In this document: one piece after another, positions 9,948-18,458 of the stretch | Position numbering within the stretch: the stretch's first letter is position 1 | Layout of the letters: the number at the start of each line of letters is the position of its first letter | Assembly (NCBI GenBank): GCA_039972875.1 | Contig: JBDWMA010000032.1 | Location: 54,727 to 118,726, forward strand | DNA from: Pseudoruegeria sp. | Lineage (GTDB): Bacteria > Pseudomonadota > Alphaproteobacteria > Rhodobacterales > Rhodobacteraceae | Reading direction: 5' to 3' | Length of the DNA: 64,000 nucleotides | The notes under the pieces: generated by a model | Seen by the model: the letters and a program-made list of their open reading frames with translations, nothing else | What the model was told of the DNA's origin: nothing | Database searches by the model: none | Position numbers and translations under genes: made by a program

Positions 9948-11378
9948 TTATTTCAACCGAAACCGATTGCGTAGGCCGAGGCCAAGGAAGAACAGCAAAA
10001 TGACGCCAAGGATGGTTTGGACGCCAGAGATAAAAACCATCCAATGCGGGAGATTGACATAAAAGTCCGTGCCAAAGAACCGCCGCCCCATGCCAAGAAA
10101 AGAAAACAGATTGGTGAAACTTAGCCCCCAAGGCAGGCCTGCAGAATAGTCCTGCCCCGCCATTGATTTTTGCCATTCATAATTCGCCAGAAAACAAACG
10201 ACGCCCGCCAGCCAGACACAGAACAACGCCGCAGCGGGTCGAAAAATACTCTGACCAAAATCAGAAATGAATCCGTACCACCAATGTGGGCTGACCAGCC
10301 GCCAAAACCGCCCAAACCGCTTTTGCAGCTTTTTGGCCTCCACCTCTGATGTAAACTGCATTTCGCGATTGAAAAAGAACCGCTCTGCCTCGACCTGCCC
10401 CTGTTTCGCCACCACATGACGCAGCGCCTCACAAGAGGCCTTTGCCTGTTCTGGGGCGTTTTGTGTGATCTGCGGCCAGTAGTCAGACTCTGCCAACAAA
10501 ACCACATTCTCATGCAACACCGCCCCGGTCAGATCGGGGTAATGGCTATAGAACCGCGCCCCGCGAAAATTTATAGGTTTTTCAAAGACAGCATCTTCGA
10601 AGAGAATCCGGCAAACCCCTTCCTCTCTATCGGTGTCGGATGGGTGACCGAATTTGGCATCTATGAACCTAGCCAAACCGCCAAAAGTTGCGAAACTGAA
10701 ATTTGTGCAAGCGCTGAACGTCGCAGATCTAAAATTCGTGTCGGCATTGAACGTCGCGAATCTGAAACTGGCGTTGGCGCTGAACGTCGTGAATCTGAAA
10801 TATGTGACTGCGCTGAATGTTGCGGATCTAAAATCGGAGTCGGCATTAAACGTCGTGGATCTGAAATCGGTGTCGGCATTAAACGTCGTGGATCTGAAAT
10901 CGGTGTCGGCGAAAAACATCGCGGAATTGAAATCAGTCTTGGCTATAAACCTCACAGATTTAAAACTGGTTTTGGCGCTGAAAGTCGAGGAATGGAAAGA
11001 GGTAGGTGCGCTGAAAACAATCTTCCCCCATATAGCTGCACAAGAGAAAGCTGTTTTTGATAAATCAATATCTTGCCGCGGGTTTGGGAAGTCTGGAATA
11101 ATGAATTCTTTACCGTTTCTCCGTCTCATCTCATGTCGAAAGAGTTCCTCAATCTCCATTTTAAGACGTGGAAACAATCTAAGTTCGGATTCACGAACTC
11201 CAGACGTTTCGGCAAAAGTTCTCAGGATTTCCATATTTAATGCACTTCCCGCCCAAGCATTCCAGGCCCGGCGGTTCTTTTCATGCAGCTCCCAATCAAT
11301 CTCCTCCCCGTCCTGCTCCCCATACAAGGTGGCCAGCACATACCAGGGGTTTTCATTGGCGGGTTTTAAATCGGGCAT
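9948..11378 (-). CDS. Repeat-solenoid membrane protein (pentapeptide-like 11-residue repeats plus C-terminal TM module)
   Basis: Start taken at MPDLKPANENPWYVLATLYGEQ (ATG 11378). Residues 123-243 form eleven units of consensus xAxTxFxSxTF. The C-terminal approx. 110 aa carry 2-3 TM helices and end in a basic tail, LRNRFRLK. Confidence 0.8.
   Translation of the reverse strand: MPDLKPANENPWYVLATLYGEQDGEEIDWELHEKNRRAWNAWAGSALNMEILRTFAETSGVRESELRLFPRLKMEIEELFRHEMRRRNGKEFIIPDFPNPRQDIDLSKTAFSCAAIWGKIVFSAPTSFHSSTFSAKTSFKSVRFIAKTDFNSAMFFADTDFRSTTFNADTDFRSTTFNADSDFRSATFSAVTYFRFTTFSANASFRFATFNADTNFRSATFSACTNFSFATFGGLARFIDAKFGHPSDTDREEGVCRILFEDAVFEKPINFRGARFYSHYPDLTGAVLHENVVLLAESDYWPQITQNAPEQAKASCEALRHVVAKQGQVEAERFFFNREMQFTSEVEAKKLQKRFGRFWRLVSPHWWYGFISDFGQSIFRPAAALFCVWLAGVVCFLANYEWQKSMAGQDYSAGLPWGLSFTNLFSFLGMGRRFFGTDFYVNLPHWMVFISGVQTILGVILLFFLGLGLRNRFRLK
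10650..11012 (-). repeat. In-frame tandem array of 11 x 33 bp, including a perfect duplication (10839..10871 = 10872..10904)
   Basis: The unit gtcggcattaaacgtcgtggatctgaaatcggt occurs twice without mismatch. Flanking units are progressively diverged. Confidence 0.9.
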
Positions 11379-11466
11379 CGAAATAGCTTTCTGTTGCAAT
11401 GACAGAAGCCTACGGCCCATCCTGTGCAAAGGGCAAGGGATTCACGTTAAAGCTGTGCCAGAACGA

Positions 11467-11494
11467 CAAAACCCCGCGCGGTGGCGGGGTTTTG
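11467..11494 (-). terminator. Rho-independent terminator downstream of the 11517..12833 gene
   Basis: Minus-strand RNA reads AAAACCCCGCCACCGCGCGGGGUUUUGU, a GC stem followed by a U-run. Confidence 0.6.
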
Positions 11495-11516
11495 TAAATC
11501 TGCTATCAAAGGGGCT

Positions 11517-12833
11517 TTAGGCCGGCAGGCCCGTCGTGCCGAGCGTTTTGGAAATGATGTCATGCCCCATCCAATAGGCCGCGCTATCGGCCACCCAGCT
11601 GTTGTGCAGCATGATGTGCCCACAGGCCGTAAAGACCAGCGTGCTTAGATAGGATGTCATTAGATCATCACTGTCTTTATGCATGGCACGCAGCTGCGCT
11701 GAGCTGTTGAGCATCAAATCCATCTGTTCTGTCTGGTTGTGCTGTGGCCACGTCTCAAACGTTTTGACGAATTGCACAAAATCCGCACCGTGGTAGGTAT
11801 CCAGAATGCCTTGCATAGTCGCAAGCGCCTCTGCACCATCGGTCAGTTTCGCCGCACACGCCGCTTTGACCTCATCCACAAATCCAGCACTTTCGGCTTC
11901 GTTTGCCAGCGCGGAAATCAAACGATAGAGCGGCAATTCCACCCCAACAAACAAGCCCGACGAATTGGTCAGGATTTCAGGCGCATTATAGACGCTGGCG
12001 TTCACCCCCTTGGCACGGGCATCAGCGGCGGCATCCTCTAGACGGATTTTAGCAAACCCCTGCAAATACGGCACATAAGTCTGCCACGTATAGGCGCCAT
12101 CGATCAGGCATTCGGTGCCGTGATAGCCATAGGCCACATAGTTGACCTTGCCCCCAGCGGCTTCGAGTTCTGATTTCAGCGTGGACGTTCCGTCGACCAA
12201 ATGGGTCAATGTGCGGGCGGTGACTTCTTCAAAAGAAATCTCACAAGCGCGGCCCATTGGGCTTTCCCAAAAGGCTTGACTGGACTGCGCACGGGCGCCC
12301 TGCCCCTTAAAGATACGATTGGACACGGCCAAGACCCGCTTGGATCCCGGAATACCGCCTGCCATCGTATGGGCGAACAGTACATTTTTACCGGCCGGAA
12401 TATGGGGACGCAGAGCCTCCAGATAGGCGGCGACTTGGCCTTTGAACCGGGTCTCCCCCTTTTGGCGGCCCATCTCAATGGCGTCAAAATCAAGCGCGGC
12501 GGTTTCCCAGTCCTTGCCCGTTGCATTCAGCATTTCGATCAGGGTCTGACCGTTGCCCATGTCTTCTTTGTCAAAGCCAGCTTCAAGTGGCACATTCACA
12601 ATCGGTGCATGGCCTTTCTCTGCAAGCTCTTCTTCGGTCAGAGGGCGCATGTTGCCCTCGGCGTCGCGCCGTCCAACCGTGCCGTAAACTACGGACATGC
12701 CAATTTTCTCAGCGGCATCAATTAGGCCGTTTACATAGCCCCGCCCGAAAACCTCACCAAAGATGACCAATACATCGCCAGCGCCATAACCGGCCGTGGC
12801 TGGAACAGAGCGGATTGGATTAAATGGCGTCAT
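11517..12833 (-). CDS. Conserved protein of unknown function (possibly the family named enoyl-ACP reductase FabMG; unverified)
   Basis: 438-aa ORF with good coding character and a Rossmann-like N-terminus (GAGDVLVIFGEVFGRGYVNG). I recognise no diagnostic motif with certainty. Confidence 0.6.
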   Translation of the reverse strand: MTPFNPIRSVPATAGYGAGDVLVIFGEVFGRGYVNGLIDAAEKIGMSVVYGTVGRRDAEGNMRPLTEEELAEKGHAPIVNVPLEAGFDKEDMGNGQTLIEMLNATGKDWETAALDFDAIEMGRQKGETRFKGQVAAYLEALRPHIPAGKNVLFAHTMAGGIPGSKRVLAVSNRIFKGQGARAQSSQAFWESPMGRACEISFEEVTARTLTHLVDGTSTLKSELEAAGGKVNYVAYGYHGTECLIDGAYTWQTYVPYLQGFAKIRLEDAAADARAKGVNASVYNAPEILTNSSGLFVGVELPLYRLISALANEAESAGFVDEVKAACAAKLTDGAEALATMQGILDTYHGADFVQFVKTFETWPQHNQTEQMDLMLNSSAQLRAMHKDSDDLMTSYLSTLVFTACGHIMLHNSWVADSAAYWMGHDIISKTLGTTGLPA

Positions 12834-12985
12834 GGGACGAACCCTCTTCTTAGCTATATCTGTTAAAGCGGCCCGTGACCCAACGTCACCAGCCGCTATA
12901 TATCACCTGCATCGCCACAGCGACGAGGTCAAGTTCATATGTCTTTGCGCACCAGAGTGTGGTGAAGCAGGCATACAACCGGGCT

Positions 12986-13444
12986 TTAGCCCAGCTTTGC
13001 TTTCACAAGTCCACCCGCGCGTCCAAAATCCATTTGCCCAGTGTATTTGGATTTCAAAGCGCCCATGACTTTACCCATGTCCCGGATGGAGTCAGCGCCC
13101 GTGCTGGCAATCGCAGTTTCGATTGCTGAGGCCACCTCAGATTCGTTCAGCTGCTTGGGCAGGAACTCTTCAATGATTATGACCTCGTCGCGCTCTTTTT
13201 CAGCAAGCTCTAGTCGCCCGCCTTCTTCGTAGACGCGCGCACTTTCTTGGCGTTGCTTCACCATTTTCCCAAGAATCCCTAGGATGTCAGCGTCAGACAC
13301 CTCACCTTCTCCGGTCTCTCCGCGCAGCGCGATATCTTTGTCTTTGATCGCTGCACTGATGAGCCGCAAGGTAGACAGACGCGTCATGTCCTTGTTTTTC
13401 ATGGATTCCTTCAGCTTCTTGCTGATATCTTCTCTCATTTTCAT
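12986..13444 (-). CDS. GatB/YqeY domain protein
   Basis: The sequence MREDISKKLKESMKNKDMTRLSTLRLISAAIKDKDI is typical of the YqeY family. ATG 13438 is an alternative start. Confidence 0.85.
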   Translation of the reverse strand: MKMREDISKKLKESMKNKDMTRLSTLRLISAAIKDKDIALRGETGEGEVSDADILGILGKMVKQRQESARVYEEGGRLELAEKERDEVIIIEEFLPKQLNESEVASAIETAIASTGADSIRDMGKVMGALKSKYTGQMDFGRAGGLVKAKLG

Positions 13445-13579
13445 CCGTAAACCGTTCCCCAGTCTGCTCCGGGTATTCCCCAGAACTTTGGACCATACCT
13501 AAATCCAGTCGATTAGACAACCGACCCGGCAATAGACTAAGTTATTGTTTTTTAAAGATTTTCAAAATCACCTTTCGCC

Positions 13580-13608
13580 TTGACCTTGGGCAAGCCTCCC
13601 CTTAGTTT
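13580..13608 (+). promoter_or_regulatory. Candidate sigma-70-type promoter for carA (TTGACC-N17-TAGTTT)
   Basis: The hexamers and 17-nt spacer were read directly, about 30 bp upstream of the carA ATG. There is no experimental support. Confidence 0.3.
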
Positions 13609-13637
13609 CCCGACAATTTTGTGCCGAGGAGTCGCCC

Positions 13638-14816
13638 ATGTCCGCCGCAGCAAGTGCCCTGTCTGCCCCCGTGAAACCTACCGCCTGTCTGGCTCTTGCC
13701 GATGGAACACTTTTTTACGGCTTTGGCTTTGGAGCCGAAGGGAGCTGCCAGGCAGAGCTGTGCTTTAACACAGCTATGACCGGCTATCAGGAAATCATGA
13801 CAGACCCCTCTTATGCCGGGCAAATCGTGACATTTACTTTCCCGCATATCGGCAACACTGGGGTGAACCCTGAAGATGACGAGACAGGCGATCCTGTGGC
13901 AGCCGGAATGGTGGTCAAATGGGACCCGACTGAGCCGTCAAGCTGGCGTTCCACCGAGGAACTCGGGACATGGTTGGCCAAACGGGGTCGCATTGGAGTT
14001 GGCGGCATTGATACCCGCCGCCTGACCCGCGCCATCCGCCAACAAGGGGCCCCTCACGCTGCATTGGCCCATAATGCAGACGGTGAATTTGATATCGAAG
14101 CACTGGTCGCTCAAGCGCGTGGTTTCGCAGGCCTCGAAGGCCTCGATCTCGCGAAGGAAGTAACCTGCGCCCAGTCCTATGTTTGGAACGAAATGCGTTG
14201 GGCTTGGCCAGAAGGGTATAGCCCTCGCGCAGAGGCCGGTCACAAAGTGGTTGCGCTCGATTTTGGCGCAAAACGAAATATCCTTCGGTGCCTTGCCTCT
14301 GCTGGCTGTAACGTGACGGTGCTACCGGCAACGGCAACAGCCGAAGACGTTTTGGCCCATAACCCCGATGGTATTTTCCTATCCAATGGCCCCGGCGATC
14401 CCGCAGCCACAGGATCATATGCTGTACCAATGATTAAAACATTGTTGGAAACCACAGATTTACCGGTATTTGGTATTTGTCTAGGTCACCAAATGCTAGC
14501 GCTCGCTCTTGGGGCCGACACAATCAAAATGAATCACGGCCACCACGGTGCGAACCACCCCGTTAAGGATCTGGACACCGGCAAGGTTGAGATTACATCG
14601 ATGAATCATGGCTTTACGGTCGATAGCCAAACCCTGCCCGAAGGTGTCCTCGAAACTCATGTTTCGTTGTTTGACGGGTCGAATTGCGGAATCCGCATGG
14701 CAAATCGCCCGGTCTTTTCGGTACAGTACCACCCAGAAGCCAGCCCCGGCCCTCAAGACAGCTACTATTTGTTTGAGCGGTTCGCCGAAGCCATTGCAAA
14801 ACGCAACGCAACTTAA
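13638..14816 (+). CDS. carA: Carbamoyl-phosphate synthase small (glutaminase) subunit
   Basis: SD GAGGAG. Class I amidotransferase motifs are GICLGHQ and YHPEASPGP. Length is 392 aa. Confidence 0.95.
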   Translation: MSAAASALSAPVKPTACLALADGTLFYGFGFGAEGSCQAELCFNTAMTGYQEIMTDPSYAGQIVTFTFPHIGNTGVNPEDDETGDPVAAGMVVKWDPTEPSSWRSTEELGTWLAKRGRIGVGGIDTRRLTRAIRQQGAPHAALAHNADGEFDIEALVAQARGFAGLEGLDLAKEVTCAQSYVWNEMRWAWPEGYSPRAEAGHKVVALDFGAKRNILRCLASAGCNVTVLPATATAEDVLAHNPDGIFLSNGPGDPAATGSYAVPMIKTLLETTDLPVFGICLGHQMLALALGADTIKMNHGHHGANHPVKDLDTGKVEITSMNHGFTVDSQTLPEGVLETHVSLFDGSNCGIRMANRPVFSVQYHPEASPGPQDSYYLFERFAEAIAKRNAT

Positions 14817-14871
14817 ACATCCATTAACCAAAAAAATCATAGGCTTTTGAGGTTCCATCCGGAGTCTTTAA

Positions 14872-16743
14872 ATGCCTATGCCAAATCTTCGGGTAATACC
14901 CTTTGAAGACCAGCTTGTCGGGCATTCACCACGCCCGGTTAATCACGCTTCCTTAAGCGAACGTCTCATTGCCGACGGTCACCTTTCACCTGAGGATCAC
15001 TCCCTGACCGTTGCACTCCGTCAACGTGAAAATATCTCTGTAGAAGAAATTCTCCTGTCCCATGGGTTAATTTCCGAAGACATCCTCTCACAGACTTTGG
15101 CACAATTGTGGGACGTCCCCTTCATAGATGTGCTTGTTAACCCCTTGGACACGGGTCTCATTGATCAAATTGGGGTTAGACGATGTATACGGCATAGTTT
15201 TTTACCTTGGCGAAATGTCGGCGGCGGTGTCGTGATCGTCACCTCAGACCCCACGCAATTTAATGAACTGCGCAACATGCTCCCTCCGGATTGGGGGCAA
15301 TGTTTTATAGCCGTAGGGAAAAAATCTGATATCAGAACCGCAATTCTACGAGCGCGATCAGATCATTTGGTGCAGGAGGCGGAGCAAAAGGTTTGGCCCA
15401 AAAACAGCAGTCGCCTTTGGAACATAGATCGGTATACCACATTTCTACTGTTGGGCGGTTTATCTATTGGGCTCTGTTTTGCCTTCGACTTTTTCCTCCT
15501 TTTTACATTTTCCTGGGCATTAATAACGCTCGCAATGCTGACGGGGCTGAAGCTGGCTGCCGTCGTGACCGTCTTTCGTGACGAATTGTCCCCCAAGCAT
15601 CACGGACCTCATTTACCGACCCAATCCAAATTGCCCGTTGTCTCTATTCTGGTGCCGCTTTTCAAAGAAAAGAGTATAGCGCAGCAACTGGTGAAACAGC
15701 TTGAGCAGTTGGATTATCCGAAGGAACTCACCGATATACTCCTTATTGTCGAGGAAGAGGATCTGGTGACACAGACTGCCATAGAGCAAACTGACCTGCC
15801 CAGTTGGATCGACGTCGTCAAAGTGCCAAAAGGGGCTGTACAAACCAAACCACGCGCCTTAAATTATGCGTTGGATTTTTGTCGAGGCTCTATCATCGGT
15901 GTCTACGATGCTGAGGACAAACCCGACCCAAATCAGCTGCGCGCAATCGTCCAAAAGTTTTACCAATCAGCCCCGGATGTCGCCTGTTTGCAAGGGGTTC
16001 TCGATTTTTACAACCCGCGTACGAACTGGCTTTCTCGTTGCTTTACAATAGAGTACGCTATCTGGTTTCGACTGATGCTTCCGGGTATGACCCGGTTGGG
16101 ATTGGTTATCCCACTTGGGGGGACAACATTGTTTTTCCGGCGCAACGCCCTAGAAAAAGTGCGGGGTTGGGATGCGCATAATGTGACAGAAGACGCAGAT
16201 TTAGGGGTGCGGTTGGCGCGCCAAGGATACCGAGCTGAGACCGTGAACACCACCACGCGCGAAGAGGCAAACTGCCGCTTATTCCCTTGGATCAAGCAAC
16301 GGTCGCGTTGGATTAAGGGCTATGCCATCACCTATTTTGTACATATGCGACGCCCGCTTAAACTATATAAAGACCTTGGTCCGCGCAAATTCCTTGGCAT
16401 CCAAATTCTCTTTGTCTGCTCGCTATCACAAGTCCTGCTTGCCCCCCTATTATGGAGCTGCTGGTTCATGTTTTTTTCCTTGCCCCATCCTTTGACTGGG
16501 TTACTCCCCACCGCAGTCTTTTGGAGCAGTATCCTATTGTTCTTAGTGTCCGAAGTGATTGGCATTATCATCGGAATAATCGCCGTGCGCCGGAAGGGCG
16601 ATCGATGGCTGTCCAAATGGGTTCCAACTTTGCACTTTTACCATCCCTTAGCTGCATTCGCCGCCTACAAGGGCTTTTTTGAATTGTTCGGGAACCCATT
16701 CTATTGGGACAAAACAGAACATGGCATTCAGATCGAAGACTAA
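14872..16743 (+). CDS. Processive family-2 glycosyltransferase with N-terminal T2SS-E-N (MshEN-like) domain
   Basis: The N-terminal approx. 170 aa contain EEILLSHGLISEDILSQTLAQLWDVPFIDV. TM helices follow, then a GT2 core with YDAEDKPDP and the QRSRW (QxxRW) motif, then C-terminal TM helices. Confidence 0.8.
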   Translation: MPMPNLRVIPFEDQLVGHSPRPVNHASLSERLIADGHLSPEDHSLTVALRQRENISVEEILLSHGLISEDILSQTLAQLWDVPFIDVLVNPLDTGLIDQIGVRRCIRHSFLPWRNVGGGVVIVTSDPTQFNELRNMLPPDWGQCFIAVGKKSDIRTAILRARSDHLVQEAEQKVWPKNSSRLWNIDRYTTFLLLGGLSIGLCFAFDFFLLFTFSWALITLAMLTGLKLAAVVTVFRDELSPKHHGPHLPTQSKLPVVSILVPLFKEKSIAQQLVKQLEQLDYPKELTDILLIVEEEDLVTQTAIEQTDLPSWIDVVKVPKGAVQTKPRALNYALDFCRGSIIGVYDAEDKPDPNQLRAIVQKFYQSAPDVACLQGVLDFYNPRTNWLSRCFTIEYAIWFRLMLPGMTRLGLVIPLGGTTLFFRRNALEKVRGWDAHNVTEDADLGVRLARQGYRAETVNTTTREEANCRLFPWIKQRSRWIKGYAITYFVHMRRPLKLYKDLGPRKFLGIQILFVCSLSQVLLAPLLWSCWFMFFSLPHPLTGLLPTAVFWSSILLFLVSEVIGIIIGIIAVRRKGDRWLSKWVPTLHFYHPLAAFAAYKGFFELFGNPFYWDKTEHGIQIED

Positions 16744-17387
16744 AAACGATCCGTATTCGCATCCACTTTTAGACGCGTTTCAAATGCCTGCGAGATATGA
16801 TTCCGCAAGGCCGCATAGGCCCCGTCACCGTCTGCGGCCTCAATTGCAGTGACAATTGCATCATGCTCCGCCAACGCTTTTGCCCCACGCCCTTCGACGG
16901 CCAATGATGTCGTCGCCAAAAGCGCCATCGTCCGGTGCACCAAATCCAACTGCTGCACCAAATACCGATTGTGGCTGGCCAAATGAATTTGCTTATGGAA
17001 CCGGCGATTTGCGCGGGACAATGCCTCTGGATCATCAATGATCTCACGATCCTCTTCGACCATAGTTCGTAATACCCGCATTTCTTCGGGTGTTGCGTGC
17101 CGAGCCGCAAGCCGTGCCGCAAGCCCCTCAAGCTCTGAACGTACAACATAAAGCTCTGCCAGTTGATTATGATCCAAGGATGCAACGATCAAACTGCGTC
17201 CATCTCGGGTCAAAAGGCTTTGCGTTTCAAGGCGTTGCAAGGCCTCGCGGATCGGCGTCCGCGACACACCAAACCGCTCTGCCAGGTCACTTTCCACCAA
17301 CCGGTCTCCGGGCCGATATACCCCCACGTCTATCGCCTCAAGAATTAGGGCATATGCATCTTTTTGAGAAGTCTTGGTTTCGCCCAT
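16740..17387 (-). CDS. GntR-family regulator, FadR/FCD subfamily
   Basis: Start taken at MGETKTSQKD. HTH region is LAERFGVSRTPIREALQRLE, followed by a helical FCD-like C-terminus. Confidence 0.85.
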   Translation of the reverse strand: MGETKTSQKDAYALILEAIDVGVYRPGDRLVESDLAERFGVSRTPIREALQRLETQSLLTRDGRSLIVASLDHNQLAELYVVRSELEGLAARLAARHATPEEMRVLRTMVEEDREIIDDPEALSRANRRFHKQIHLASHNRYLVQQLDLVHRTMALLATTSLAVEGRGAKALAEHDAIVTAIEAADGDGAYAALRNHISQAFETRLKVDANTDRF

Positions 17388-17493
17388 CAATCTGGCTCCG
17401 GTTTTATATTTCCTTAACCTAAGACGGCTCACTGTCGGGGTGCAAGTCATTGTAGAGATTGAACCTCTGTGCCAGTCACTTTAAAGATCAGTC

Positions 17494-18138
17494 ATGGTTG
17501 CAAATGCTTTCTCACACGTGCGGCACTGGGTCTTTGATCTGGACAACACGCTTTATCCTCCCGAAGCTCGACTGTTTGATCAGATCGAGGTTCGCATGAC
17601 AGCCTATGTCATGGATGCGATCGGGGTGTCCAAGGCCCGCGCAGATTATTTGCGCCAATACTACTGGAAGGAATACGGAACAACACTTGCTGGGCTGATG
17701 CGAGAACATGATGTCGACCCGGCGCCCTATTTGACCGATGTCCATGATATAGACATGAGCCATCTAAGCCAGGATCCTGACCTTGCCATGGGAATCAAGA
17801 ATTTGCCGGGGCGCAAAATTGTCTACACCAACGGATGTGCCCCCTATGCCGAAAAAGTTTTAGAAGCCCGCGGGCTATCCGGCCTATTTGATGCTGTTTA
17901 CGGTGTAGAACATGCGGACTTCCGTCCAAAACCTGAGCAAGAAGCCTTTGAAAGCATATTTGCACAAGATGGGATTACCCCCCCAATTGCTGCCATGTTC
18001 GAGGATGACGGTCGCAACCTTATCGCACCGCACAAGATGGGTATGAAAACCGTGCATGTTGCGCCGACTGCAGCCCCTGCTGATCATATTCACCACCACA
18101 CTAACAACCTCCCCGACTTTCTGTCGCACCTGATATAG
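17494..18138 (+). CDS. HAD-family pyrimidine 5'-nucleotidase
   Basis: HAD motif I is FDLDNTLY. Length (214 aa) and sequence are typical of the alphaproteobacterial pyrimidine 5'-nucleotidase family. Confidence 0.8.
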   Translation: MVANAFSHVRHWVFDLDNTLYPPEARLFDQIEVRMTAYVMDAIGVSKARADYLRQYYWKEYGTTLAGLMREHDVDPAPYLTDVHDIDMSHLSQDPDLAMGIKNLPGRKIVYTNGCAPYAEKVLEARGLSGLFDAVYGVEHADFRPKPEQEAFESIFAQDGITPPIAAMFEDDGRNLIAPHKMGMKTVHVAPTAAPADHIHHHTNNLPDFLSHLI

Positions 18139-18196
18139 GGCGACAAGCCCCCGCAAACTCCTATATGCAAGGATACAGCGCAAACAGGAGTTTACC

Positions 18197-18439
18197 ATGG
18201 CCACACTCACAGCTCGCCCCCCGTTCTGGCAGCGTCTGCTTTTTGTCATTCCGGTTCTGGGATGGATTCTCAAAGACTACCACGACGGGCAGGATGCCAA
18301 TATCTGGTACCACCTGATTATTGTCGTAAGCTTGTGGATGATCTCGGGCTTGACATTTGGTGTGGTTGGAATTGGCCTGCCTGCTGTGATGATGGTTCCC
18401 GTCATCTTTGTTATTTTGTTTCTCATCACTCTGGGTTAA
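18197..18439 (+). CDS. Small membrane protein (80 aa, 2-3 TM)
   Basis: Hydrophobic ORF with ATG preceded by CAGGAG. No family recognised. Confidence 0.5.
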   Translation: MATLTARPPFWQRLLFVIPVLGWILKDYHDGQDANIWYHLIIVVSLWMISGLTFGVVGIGLPAVMMVPVIFVILFLITLG

Positions 18440-18458
18440 CTCCGCGAAAGGACAAACC

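Noticed and set aside
10650-11012. Possible CRISPR-like array because of regular about 33-bp periodicity
   Set aside because: The units are contiguous with no spacers, are in frame within a long ORF, and diverge gradually. This is a coding tandem repeat, not a CRISPR array.
10416-11520. Long plus-strand ORFs (214 and 288 aa) with their own neat repeats (ALNVxDLKxVS)
   Set aside because: They are mirror-frame artefacts of the 33-bp tandem array. Outside the repeats they become Ser/Arg-rich nonsense. The minus-strand ORF has coherent N- and C-terminal domains.
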